From: Felis catus
Lineage: Eukaryota
Direction: 5' to 3'
Assembly: GCF_018350175.1 (NCBI RefSeq)
Contig: NC_058368.1
Location: forward strand, 118,174,001 to 118,238,000
DNA length: 64,000 bases
Under the pieces are notes generated by a model, which saw nothing but the letters and a program-made list of their open reading frames with translations, did not search any database and had not been told where the DNA came from. Of this stretch, positions 12,423-24,725 are shown piece after piece (position 1 is the first letter of the stretch; the number at the start of each line of letters is the position of its first letter). The position numbers and the translations under genes were made by a program.

Positions 12423-13733
12423 TAGAGGTCTTTTCAATAGTCTTTGAGCCATGAGATGTCACTTTGGGGTAGAGCAGGTATCAAGTTAGAAGGCTGGAGG
12501 AGTAGGGAGATCAGGCAGAGGAGCAGAGATGACAAGTAGATAACAAATGGTCATAATGGTATTTAAGAGAGAAGCAGGTCATGATATTAAACGTCTCAAA
12601 GTGTTCAGCAACCGTCAGTCACTGATGGGAATCATCTGTCAAAAAAGTGAGTCAATATTTGACCGAAGAGTTTTTGCCCTCAGTATATTAGTAACAGGTC
12701 AGATTTAACATGAAAAACTGCAAGGGATTAGCAGAGTCGGCTGGTACTGGAGTTACATGGTATTAAATATTGCTGGAAATAAGTGGGTCCCGGGAAGAGT
12801 TAAGATTATCTTCTCTTGCAGTCTCATTCGCTATAATGGGACTTAGTCTTCCCGGAACCGAAAGTTCCTGCCAACACTGTCTCCTTTTGTGACCATGCAA
12901 ACGTCAATCACAGGTTTTAGCTGCCACTTTGAGTTAGATTTTGGAAACCATAAAAAATTGTCTTCTTCCAGCTTCAGAGGTGAGGGACACAGATTGAGAG
13001 GTGTGACATTAAATCAGGTTGCAAATGGTTGACAGGCACAATTCCTGGCCACCAGACTTTTAATGGGCTCTGGCCATCAGTGTTCAGAGCTTATTTCCTA
13101 CTCTGGAGCCTGCTGCACTTCATAAATAGCACCAGGAGGGGGACTGAGGGCCCAAAGGTCCTGGTGGATGCACCGTGATTGCTCTTGGAATACAGTCTCC
13201 GGGCAGGTTAGCTATGCAGAGGTAAGACCAGTCCTCGTGTAAGAGCTGTCAGCCTGGAGGTGAGGTCTTACACTGACCATTATTCTCACGGCCCACATCC
13301 CTCCCCCAGTGGTGTCCTGGGAGCCCGCCAAAGAGGCTCCACCCTGTCACTTCCTTCCCGTTGAGACTCACAGACTTGTCTTCGTGCTGCTTTCCTTAAT
13401 GTCTTTCACCATGGTTCTAACGCCCATCCTGCCCACATACTATCTTTGGGAGTCATTGAAAAGGCACCGCTCTTGGAGAACGTGCCAGGGAGAGCAAGGG
13501 CGGCTCCCCATCCCACCCCAGTCCTGGAGGCTCCTTTTCCTTAATGAGCATGTTTAGTGAATCAAGAATATTCCATTAACCAAATAAGTAGAGCTGCCAA
13601 CAGGAATGCTCCAAGGAAAATAAATGAAAACTTGTCTACTTTGCGCTGTTTTGGTGGCCAGTCTCTTTTTTTAATCATGGTGCCTGTGCTGTTTCTTCTC
13701 AGGCTGTAGCATATTAGAACAAACGCACCCTGA

Positions 13734-13986
13734 GGGTGCCTGGGTGGCTCAGTCGGTTAAGCCGACTTTGGCTCAGGTCCTGATCTCATGGCACATGAGT
13801 TTGAGCCCCGTGTTGGGCTCTGTGCTCACAGCTCAGAAACTGGAGCCTGCTTCGGCTTCTGTGTCTCCCTCTCTCTCTCTCCCCCTCCCCCGCTCATGCT
13901 CTCTCTCTCTCTCTCTCTCTCTCAAAAATAAATAAATGTTAAAAAAATTTTTTTTCAACTATTAAAAAAAAAAAAAAAAAAAAAAA
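13734..13986 (+). mobile_element. SINEC with TSD agaacaaac(g/a)caccctga
   Basis: Full element with long poly-A and TSD. Confidence 0.94.
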
Positions 13987-15339
13987 GAACAAACACACCC
14001 TGAAAGTCCTGGGAGTGTTTTCATGTGTTGATAATTCCCAGTTCAAAATTTATAGTACTTGATACTTGCCTCTCCTCACTGCCTAAGGCACTGCATGGTA
14101 AGACACTAAATGTTCAAGGAGGCACATTAACTCTTTCAAGCCATTGGCTGGCAAATCTAAATGTTGGCTGTAATTACAACAACAAAACAGTAAAAAATTA
14201 CTATTTTAAAATGTAATCTATTGAGCAGACCTCATATAAATGCTCTTATATCTCTTTAAATGGCAAGTCCTTGTCAAATGAGTTTGAAGGAGTGAAGAGA
14301 ACTCCCTTCAAAGGACACATGTCATCATTTTCTCCATTTTAGAAAAAATAAGGAGCTCTCTTGGTAGAAACTGATGACTCCAAAGCTGTAATTTTGAAAG
14401 GGCTACCATACCTCCTCAAGCTCCAAATTTGGTTGCTTCTTACTGTCTCCACTTATCAGAGGAGGAACCTGCTTATCCTTGGCTAAGCAGTCAAGAGACA
14501 CTACATAGTAAGGTGGATAAGACTCTAGGCTTTGCCTTGGACAAGGCTGAGTTCAAGGCACAGCTCTGCTGCTCATAGCCTTTGTGGCCCTGAGTAAGTT
14601 GTCTAACCTCTCTGAGCCTTCACTTCACCAAGTATAAAATGAACAGCTTTGGAAATTAAACAAGGGTACTCATATGGAACCCCTGAACCCTTTTAAGGAG
14701 ACAGAGTGGCAGGGTGATTAAGAGCAGGGCCATTAGAATAAGGTAGGCCTGAGTCTACACCCGCCTGTTGGACCATGGACAAGTCACTTTACCTCGCTAA
14801 TAAGCCTTCGTTCTTCCATTTAAAAATTGGTGACGACAACAATAGCATCTGCATCATGAGAACCAAATGGCATGTACTAGAGGAGTATATCAGAAAGATA
14901 AGGAATAGCTCAAAGGAAAAGCTAGAGGGCCATCCTTGGAGGATATGAACCAAGGTAGACATGGAGACCCAGTGAACATGTTTTCAAATCATCCCACCTA
15001 CACAGTGGAGTTAAACAGAGCATAATGTGTTGATATGGTTTACATACTTAAGTCTCTTAGGGATTTGATTGGCTCACGTTGGCTTCTCCAGGTCTGATCT
15101 GCTCTAAGGCACTGGTGAGGCAGAACACCTAACCTGTACCATCGTAACTTTATTGGTACACTACCAACCTATGCCATTGGGGTGGACACAACTGTCCTAG
15201 AGATAACCTAACATCCTCACTGTCTCCTTTTTAGCTTGCAGCATCTGAGTTTTAGTTATGTTTACTATATCATAACTAAGTCCATAATAAGTGAGGAATG
15301 CCCTGTTTGTCTCTCTCATGTTTCGTGTTCCCAGGACCT

Positions 15340-15715
15340 TGATCTTGTTGTTGTTAAAATGAGAGTTTATTTTTCTCCCATCTAAAAGTATTATGGTATG
15401 TAGTCCAGGAGTGGGTATAGTAGCTCTGCTTTGCAGAATATTCAGCTTCCGTCCCTGCTTCACCGCATGACTTCTCTGAGTTCACCTCATGGTCTAATAT
15501 GGCTGCTCCAGCTCTTGCCATTATAACCACATTCTAACCCAACAGAAAGAGGCAAAAAGGAAAGGGTAAAGGGCCTCCTATATCAGCTTTATTTTCAGAA
15601 AGGCTTTTATAGGCTGCCACATGACACATGAACTCAGTGACATGGACACACTGAGCTAAAAGTGTATCTGGGAAATGTCCTTACTCTAAATAGTCAAGAA
15701 TGTAGTTGAAAAATT
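15340..15715. mobile_element. Old MLT1-like LTR
   Basis: cctcatggtctaatatggctgctccagctc...catggacacactgagctaaaagtgtatctgggaaatgt. Confidence 0.55.
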
Positions 15716-16095
15716 AGAAGGAGAACTTGTTGGCAGAGAGTTAGAAGGGCCTTAAGCACATAATCAGTTTTCCTCTTCAGGTAATTTGTTGCTTTGTGGG
15801 GCTGTGCAGGACTAAAAACCTAAATGGAAGGCCTCTGAAAAGCAAAACTGAAGCCTTTTGCAATATCTTGAGATAAAGATTGGAGTTACAGACCCTCCAG
15901 GGAAACGAAATCTGTACAATCAAATCATTACAGTGTGCATGTTAACTGTATTACAGTTTTATTTGTCACTTATACCTCAATAAAACTGAAAAATAAAAAT
16001 AAGTATAGATTTCAATTCTCTAAATGTTTCCATCTTTTAAATCTATTTGCTCCATATACTTCTCCATTTTCTTCAGTATTTTAAGCATAGTTACT

Positions 16096-16141
16096 TTTTT
16101 TAGGTTTATTTATTTATTTTGAGAAAGAGAGCATAGGGGAG

Positions 16142-16190
<49 letters not shown>

Positions 16191-16319
16191 CCCAAACATG
16201 TTTTGCACTGTCAGCATGGAGCCGGATGTGGGGCTCAAACTCACAAACCTTGAGATCATGAATTGAGCTAAATGCTCAAGAGTCGGATGCTTAAACTGAC
16301 TGAGCCAGCCAGGTGCCCC
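16096..16319 (-). mobile_element. SINEC with long (GA)n, TSD aagcatagtta
   Basis: Reverse-complement element. Confidence 0.93.
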
Positions 16320-16384
16320 AAGCATAGTTATTTTAAAGTCCTTACCAGCTACCAGCTACCTTTAATGTGTTTCTCTTGTCTGCC

Positions 16385-17245
16385 TATGATTTTTATCGTT
16401 CATTTTGTTAATGTGTTTATCGCGCTTATTGATTTGCATATACTGAACCATCCTTGCATCCCAGGAATAACCCCACTCGATCATGGTGTATGATCCTTTT
16501 AATGCACTGTTGAATTAAGTGTGCTAATATTTTCATCAGGAGTTTTGCATCTGTGCTCATTAGGGATACGGACCTATAGTGTTCTTACCTGGCTTTGGTA
16601 TCAGGGTAAGGCTGGCTTTGATATTTGGCACTTTCAGTCCTTCAGTTTTGTTCTTAATTCAAGATTATCTGTTTTATTAGCTCTTTGTATTTCCATATGA
16701 CTTCAGAATCAACTGGTCAATTTCCAGGAAAAAGAAGAAACAACCATGCCAAGATTTTGTTTGTACTTGTTTTGTGTCTGTACATTAGCATGGGGAGGAC
16801 ATCTGTGAATACTGAACTTTCCTGTCTGTATTTATGAATGTTTTTGTATTTTATAGTTTTCTGTATAGAGGTATTACATGCCATTCATTTAATTTATTCC
16901 CAGGTATCTCATACCTTTTGATCCTATTGTAAATGGCATCATTTTAATTTTTGGTGTGTTTGTGGCTTGTATGTGAAAGAAAAATCTCGGTCTCACTTTT
17001 AAACCAGTGACCTTGCTTAATTTGTTTATTAAACCTAATAGGTATTTTTGTATTCTGTGTGTATTCACGTCATGTGTATTCATGTCATCTCCAAATACTG
17101 ACCATCTTATTTTTACTTTCCACCCCTTAGCCCTTTTGTGTATATTTCCTACCTCCTTGTCCTGAGTAAGACCTCTAGTACAATAGCATAAGTATATGAT
17201 ATTACTCCATATCCTAGGCAGACATTTTTCAGTATTTTGCTAACA
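16385..17245 (-). mobile_element. L1 ORF2 (RT region) degraded fragments
   Basis: gatttgcatatactgaaccatccttgcatcccaggaataaccccact and tggctttggtatcagggtaa; ORF 16889-17083 ends in the L1-like PFTIGSKGMRYLGIN. Confidence 0.85.
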
Positions 17246-17249
17246 ATGC

Positions 17250-17560
17250 AGTGAGCCTTGCTAGGACAAGCCACCCCAAAAAACAATGGTTTAAAATAAT
17301 AATGATTTATTATCTCTTACCAATTTGTGGACTGGTTGGGTGTTTCTTCTGTTTTCATGTAGGTTGACTCATGTGGCTGCTTGGCTGCTCCCTTCTTGGC
17401 TGGGAGATCCCAGGTGGCCTCATCTTGCACTTGGTGAGGGCTGTGGGCTTGGACATCACCCTTGTCCTCCAAGAGGCACCTCCTATGCCAGTACCTGTGA
17501 CTGGCTTCTTTACTCGTGGCCTAAGGGCAGCTTTTCAAGAGGCAGCTTGTCTTTTTAATA
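17250..17560. mobile_element. MLT1-like LTR
   Basis: caccccaaaaaacaatggtttaaaataataatgatttattatctct...ttgactcatgtggctgc. Confidence 0.6.
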
Positions 17561-18794
17561 AACCGTGGTTGAGAATTGCAACTAGACACGACAACTAAAA
17601 AGTGGGAGAAGTCGGAAGTTCTGTAGATAAATTAATTAGCTTTTGAGTAATCTAGTGCACAAATCCTTAAAAATAAAAACTTTAAATATCTGGGAGCTTT
17701 GGAAATAAATCCTGGCTGCAGAGGAGTGGGTGAAGATCTAAGAAGGATGGAAAAGTACTCTGTTTGCATATTGTAGAATTAGCATATGAAATTAGAGAAG
17801 AATAGGACCTTCTCAGTCATGCACCGTTTGGAAATATTTCTCCTAGTGATGACTAAAGATACAACCCAGGCCCAGGCAATTCCCTGACACAGTGGTCATT
17901 GGGACATCCTTGCACCCCCATCGATATTTCCCAAAATTGGATGTAAAAAAAAAAACAAAAAACAAACAAAAAAACCCCAACAAAACCCTTTTGGATTAAT
18001 GTAGTATAAAATCTGTATAACTCATTAGATTTGGGATTATTACTCAAATCATCCTAAGGGTAGATTTTGGATTGGTATGAACTCCATTGATTTCCATGGC
18101 ACTAGTGGTGAATCAGTCTCACTACTGCCCAGATGTTAATGCTACCTGAATATTAGCTGTCTGAGCAAAAAATTTTATTCAAAACTTTTTAAGGGAAGAA
18201 AAAGGTATTTAATAAGTTGCTGTCACCTAGTGAAGAACCATGGAAGAATATTTTACAGATTGCTAAGGAACCACTTTGATCATACCTGGAATTTCCCGTC
18301 TTTAAAAATGAAAACTTGGCTTAACAGAGCTTTGTCACATATTAATAAGGCTGATATACTGAAAATCCCTGTGTCTGGGTTTTAAGTGAAGAGTAGGTTT
18401 GAAATCAAAGTTAATTCTGTATATAAAGTAAATTTTTAATTTACTTTTCTTCAGAAATTAAAGAAAGTCTCTTATCGAAGTTCATTTCCATTCTATAATC
18501 ACGAAAATCTCAAATCTTTTGACTCAAACAGAAGGTCCACTGTAAAGATATTGTCACTTCCATACAAAATGTCAGTTTGTGGAATTATTCAGGTCAAACC
18601 AAAGGGGGAATTAACAGTTTAGTTTTGGGAGTATGGACCACTAGATACACATATGTTGATTTTCCTCATGAAATGTGAAGGAAAAGGAAGAGGTGTTAGA
18701 ACAGTGAGATGGATTCTCTCTTCTCTTTGAATTTTTAGTCCAGTAAAGTCTATAGAGTTCTTGTATGTGGCTATCATTGTTATAACCTGCATCA

Positions 18795-19065
18795 ACTTTT
18801 CTATTGGAGCTAGATCACAAATTACCACAAACTTAGAGGCTTAGTGTCTTACAGTTTTGTGGGTCGGAAATCGGGGGAGCATAGTTTCTGTTCTTGTCTC
18901 GCAGATTGAAATCGAGGTGTGGGTGCAGTGGAGTTCGGTTCTGGAGCCTGGGGGAAGAATCCGCTTCCAGGCTTGTTCAGGTTATGGGCAGAATCCTGTT
19001 GCTCATGGTTACAGGACTGAGGTCCCTGTGCCCTCCCTGGCTGTCCTCTGGGTGATGCTCTGAGT
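18795..19065. mobile_element. MLT1-like LTR fragment
   Basis: acaaattaccacaaacttagaggctta...ggggaagaatccgcttccaggcttgttcaggtt...ggactgaggtccc. Confidence 0.7.
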
Positions 19066-19444
19066 TCCCAGAGACCTCCCCTGAGAAAAACAAAAAGCTT
19101 GTAAAACTTGAAGGAGGGGCCTCAACCCTTGTAAACCTTGAAGGCTGAGCTCTCAGGGACTGTTGAGGGACATCACGCCCAGGGCTTTTAGACATGATGT
19201 CTCTTATGATGAGGTCTCAGGGTTCGGGTTGATTATTTTATGCTGTTCCCACTGCCACTGCCTTTCCCAAGACTGCCCTGCCTCTACTTCTGGGGAATCT
19301 TTGGTGCTGTGAGATTTCACCCCGATAATTACAGTGTTTTTGGCCAACCTCACCAAATGTTGGGGCCTTTTAAATATTAGGACCTCAAAAAAAAAGTAAA
19401 TAAATATTAGGACCTTGTTAGACAAGCTTGCTTTGTCAGATTTT

Positions 19445-20275
19445 TATTTTTAGATTTTTAAAAAATCAAATGTATTGAGTTATAGTTTACATGTAATAAT
19501 AAGCATCTCTGTTAAATATATGTGTTGACAAGGTTGGGGGTAGTATTCATCCATGTGATAACCTCTACAGTCAAGATCTACAACACTTCCATCACCCCAA
19601 AAAATTTCCTCACGTCCCATCCCAGTCAGACCTCACCTCTCATCTTCCTCACTCCTCCCCGCCAGGCAGCCACTGATCTGCCTTCTGTCGCGATACCATA
19701 ATTTGTCTTTTTGAGAGTTTTCATAAATAGAGAATCTTCTGTAGCTATATCTCTATTCATACACATACACGCTTTTATCTGGCTTCTTTGACTTAGAGTG
19801 ATGCTTTTATTTATTTTTTTTAATAAGCCCTTTTTAAAAAAAGTTTATTTTTTCTTGAGAGAGAAAAAGAGAGAATGAGCAAGGGAGGGGCAGAGAGAGA
19901 AGAACTCTGAAACAGGCTCCTCGCCATTAGCGTGGAGCCCGACTCGGGCTCCAACTCAGGAACCCTGAGAACATGACCTGAGCCAAAATCAAGAGTCAGA
20001 GGCTTAAAGACTGAGCCACCCAGGTGCCCCTGGTGTGATGGTTTTGACATTCATCCCTGTTGTCATGTGTATCAGTAGTTTGGTCCTCTTTATTTTGAGT
20101 CATTTTCTGTTGTATGGATATAGCACCATTATCCCTTTTCTGTATCCCTCGGTTAAATTTGCTAATATTTTGTTCAGTGTTTTCAAATTTTTGTTATGAG
20201 GGATATTGGCCTGTACGTTTCTTATAATGTCTTTGGTTTTAATATCAGAGTAACCCTGGTCTCATAAATTGAATT
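19445..20275 (-). mobile_element. Old L1 3' region with nested SINEC
   Basis: cacttccatcaccccaaaaaatttcctc, ggcagccactgatctg, tctggcttctttgacttag. Confidence 0.75.
19806..20030 (-). mobile_element. SINEC
   Basis: Reverse-complement head ctgagccacccaggtgcccc. Confidence 0.9.
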
Positions 20276-20749
20276 AGGAGGAATTTGGGACATTTATTGC
20301 TGTTTTCAGGTGTCTTTCTTTTTTCTTGTCCCTCTCTTGGGTACTGTTTACCCCAAGGAACCCAGAGATGGCCTTCAAAGGGCTTTCTTTCTAGGATGAG
20401 GGAGAGCACAGAAGCCCCTGGCACTGCAGTCAAGACTTTGTGGCTTAGCAGCAACCCCCCATTCCTGTTCAGGTTACCCCACATCAGGAACGTCCAGATG
20501 CTTAAGCAGTATACACAGAAACACCACAACCCTGACCTTCCAAACAATTTTAGCCACCCTGCTGAGTCTGGCTGCTTTTGCTTTTTTGGCGTGAAGCAGA
20601 GGCCCACATCCTTCCCTCTGGATGATGTAGTATAATCCCCCTAAACCAGAAATGCTTACTCTTACTCCCTTAGGGATAAAGGAGAGGGAAGGGGGAAGCA
20701 GTGCCACTAAAGGGGATAGGATGCTCAGACCTTTAAAAAAACAATTCCA

Positions 20750-20968
20750 GGGGTGCCTGGGTGGCTCAGTTGGTTAAGCGGCTGATTTCAGCTCAGGTCG
20801 TGATCTTGTGATTTGTGAGTTTGAGCCCCATGTTGGGCTCCGTGCTGACAGCTCAGAGCTCAGAGCCTGCTTCAGATTCTGTGTCTCCCTCTCTCTCTCT
20901 ACCCCTCCCCTGCTGGTGCTTTGTCTCTCTCTCTCTCTCTCTCTTTCAAAAATATTTTTTAAAAAAAA
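20750..20968 (+). mobile_element. SINEC
   Basis: Canonical head, body and tail. Confidence 0.92.
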
Positions 20969-23308
20969 CTAACAACCAACCGACAAAGGAGAAGGAATAT
21001 CACCCATCACATAATGTCCCTTCTCAACCATTTATCTCTTACAAATCTGGAGACCGTCTCTCATCTCCATACTTCAGAGAGAGCCAAGGATATTTGAAAA
21101 CTACCATTTTATGAGGTTTTGGGGGGCCCCGGACAAATGAAATTCCTGCCGATTCCACACATATCCTGAGTTGGCATGCAGATCAGACTCTCTTACGGTT
21201 CTGGCCAGCAGAATCAGGAGAAGGAACACATAATGATGACTTCCAGCCGAGGACTGAGTTTACTGCATCATGCTACATAAAATCCCATGATCTCCAAGTG
21301 CCTTTTTGTTGATATTCCAGCAAGAATAATGATCCTCAACAAATACGTTCTAGCTCTCGTTGTGTGAGTTTGTGTGTGTAAACGCACACACGTGCAGTTA
21401 TAATAGTTATATGATTAAGGCATTAGTATACTGGGAGAGTAATGTTCAAAATTTAGGGTCTGTTTTCCTGTGTTGTTTAGTAGACTCACTGTAGACTCCT
21501 AAAAGGGCTGGAACAAGTTACCTGAACCCTGGCCACTCATGGAGATTCCTCAGGGATTTCAGTCCCCATTACCAGGTAACTCCATTGTAAATCAGGCACG
21601 TTGCTGAGATGGAAGCCAGAACTGAGTGGAATGTTTATGAGAAAAAAAGAGAACTGGTTTGTTAGAGCATTTGGAATTTGACCTTGAGTATAGCAAGATA
21701 TTTGGATCAACCAATTTTCAGGGGCCAAGGAACCAAAATGGTACGGGGAGGCTGGCAGAAAGCCAAGGAGTCATCAACCTTGGGATGGAGGGAAGAAATC
21801 AAGACTGATTTTGAAATCAAGATTTCGATTTAAGATAGACAGTTTGAGAGAATGACAAGAATATAAGATGGGGAGATAAGTTACCAAGTTTGGGTCCTGT
21901 CTCTGCTCCACTATAGTTTTGTGGCTTCCAGACCCTTCACTTACTCTCTCTGGGACTTAGTGTCTTCATTTCTAAAAAGAAAGTTAAAGAGTTTGGTTAT
22001 TAGATTATGTCTAGCTTTCAAGTTTTAACACTGTGAGGACATAAGTATTCTATGTCTTTGCTTATTTGTTTTATAACGTTCTTTATAAAGTTGTTAGTCG
22101 GTCTGAGACCTAAGTAGAAACAAAGAAAGGAAATACTTCAGCTAGAGGCGGCAGCAATTCAGGGGAGAAGAATCAGAGACTGCTCAACATTCCTTACTTC
22201 TAGAAGATTTTTTTCCGTTCTTGAGAAGATTTTGTATTTTTATTTAAGCACATGGTGACTTGGCTAAAGAAAGCTATAAAAATCCTGGTATCCCAAGACA
22301 TAAGCAAACTCTACATAAATCTTGTAATTTTCTTTATCCTATAAGCAGTAAGCAGGTCCTATAAACAATCATACCGAGTATAAATATTGAAAGCTCTTGG
22401 GGTTTGCAGTGGATTGTTTGACCAACCTCCCTAACTTTCCCTCTCCTGGGAACAGCTCCCTATGCCCCCGTCCTACACACACCTCCTCACACCCACCCAC
22501 CTGGTCTTAGGGTAAGCAGACATCTCCCTGCTACGTGGTCAACCTCTGGCCGCCTTCTTCTTGCTGGAAATCTGTTCATTTTGAGACGGAGAAAGAAAGC
22601 ATCATGGGAGTCATTTGGGAATAATTTTTGCTTCCGAGCTCAGGATTTTCATGAGTGAATTAGGAGGAGGAATAGATTTGGGACTGAGAAAGGGAGAGTT
22701 AATTACTTTCAAGGCGTTCGCTGATCATGCACTTTGGCAGTGTCCTGCAGGCAGTTGAACATACTGACCTGCAGCTCCCAAAAGAAGTGCAGATACGAGT
22801 TGGAAATCATCAGGGAACAGGCTGTCCACGAAGGTGTGGGAGCAGCTGTATTCTCCCAAGGAGAGTGAGAAAGGCCAAGAATAGACCTTTATGCAAAAGA
22901 AGAGTAGAAAAAGCCAATCAAAAGAGATTGCGAAAGATGGTCAGGACTGCGGGCCAGGCCTGTATCACTGTCCTTTGCTCTCTGAGGGGACAGCCTCTGG
23001 CTCACACACATGCCCTCTGTCTGTTTTACCTATAAGTCACCAGTTTTTAATATTTTGTGCCTAAGATGTCAACATTTCCAGAATACAACAGTGTTCCAGC
23101 TTGCCCAGCAATCTGTCTGCATGTATCATTAATTCATAACTACATAAAGATAGTTTATGAGATAAAATATCTGCCCTTGCTTTGTCTGCCATATTTCACA
23201 TCCCTTACATCCGTTGAGATTAGCAGAATTACCTGTTAGACCTTTCGGAAGAGACCTTAGGGGCTAGACAGCAAGGCCATAATAAGTAAGCGCTAGAATC
23301 CAGGTTTT

Positions 23309-23512
23309 GGGGGCACCTGGCTGGCTCAGTTAAGCGTCCAACTCTTGATCTTGGCTCAGGTCACAACCTCAGAGTTTGTGAGTTCAAGCCCCACCCTGGG
23401 TTCTGCACTGATGGTGTGGAGCCTGCTTGGGATTCTGTCTGTCCTCTCTCTGCCCCTCCCCTGCTTGTGCTCTCTCACTCTCTCAAAATAAAGAAACTAA
23501 AAAAAAAAAAAA
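23309..23512 (+). mobile_element. SINEC
   Basis: Canonical head, body and tail. Confidence 0.92.
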
Positions 23513-23534
23513 ATTTTTTTTTAATGAATCCATG

Positions 23535-23763
23535 TTTTTTTTTTTTTTAAATTTTTTTTTAACATTTATTTATTTTTGAGACAGAGAGAGACAGAGCATG
23601 AACAGGGGAGGGGCAGAGAGAGAGGGAGACACAGAATCCGAAACAGGCTCCAGGCTCTGAGCTGTCAGCACAGAGCGTGACGCGGGGCTCAAACTCACAG
23701 ACCGTGAGATCATGACCTGAGTCGAAGTCGGACGCTCAACCGACCGAGCCACCCAGGCGCCCC
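23535..23763 (-). mobile_element. SINEC with TSD aatgaatccatgtttt
   Basis: Reverse-complement, CpG-retaining copy. Confidence 0.95.
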
Positions 23764-23916
23764 AATGAATCCATGTTTTAACCTCTTGAGTTTTCATTTC
23801 AATTGAAAAAGAAAATGGGATCTGTGACTTTCCTCTTGTAGGGAACCAACAAAGGAGGGGATTCTGGTTCTGGTGGGTAAGTGAGAATGTCAGAGTCATT
23901 TGAAACCTAGAGTCTT

Positions 23917-24133
23917 GGGGCGCCTGGGTGGCTCAGTTGGTTAGGCGGCCGACTTCGGCTCAGGTCATGATCTCGCGGTCCGTGAGTTCGAGCCCCGCGT
24001 CGGGCTCTGTGCTGACAGCTCAGAGCCTGGAGCCTGTTTCCGATTCTGTGTCTCCCTCTCTCTGACCCTCCCCTGTTCATGCTCTGTCTCTCTCTGTCTC
24101 AAAAATAAATAAAACGTTAAAAAAAAATTAAAA
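23917..24133 (+). mobile_element. Young SINEC with TSD aaacctagagt
   Basis: CpG-rich, near-consensus copy. Confidence 0.95.
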
Positions 24134-24502
24134 CCTAGAGTTTTGAGTCTTGTCCTTGGGTTTCATGCGACTGACTACTCAAGATCTTTCCCTCTTTAAG
24201 TCTTACCAAATTCTCACCTGGAGTGAGATAAAGTTGAATGCCTTACTCCAGTAGAGTCCGGCATTTTCCTCCCATTTTCATACCAGAGACAGACTCAAAC
24301 AGAAACACTGTTTTGGTTGGGTGAATATTTTTATGTTTCAGCTCACCAGTTGCAGAAAATAAATGGATATGGTTTCAGTTTGAACTACATCCTCAGGGTT
24401 TATTTATGTATTTAAAACATAAGTTTAGTTTTGCCACTGAGCTAAAAAAAACAAAAGCAAAAGAGGGGGAAATAAGTGAACTCAACTCAAAATTCACAAA
24501 AT

Positions 24503-24725
24503 GGAGGCGCCTGGATGGCTCACTCAGGTAAGCCTCCCATTCTTGATTTCTCCTTGGGTCGTGATCTCATGGTTCGTGAGATCGAGCCCTGCATCAGGCT
24601 CTGCGCTGGTAGCATGGAGCCTGCTTGGGATTCACTTTCTCCCTCTCTCTCTGCCCCTGCTCATGCTTGCTCGCTGTCTCTCTCTCTCTCTCTCTCAATC
24701 TCAAAATAAATAAACTTTAAAAAAC
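24503..24725 (+). mobile_element. SINEC
   Basis: Canonical head, body and tail. Confidence 0.9.

Noticed and set aside
19097..19145. Direct repeat cttgtaaa(a/c)cttgaagg, two copies with a spacer
   Set aside because: Only two copies in mammalian DNA; a simple local duplication, not an array or CRISPR.
22138..22158. Possible CTCF site cagctagaggcggcagc
   Set aside because: Spacing does not fit the AG-R-K-GGC core.
23917..24005. tRNA-like A/B-box sequences
   Set aside because: These are heads of tRNA-derived SINECs running straight into the SINE body and poly-A, not tRNA genes.
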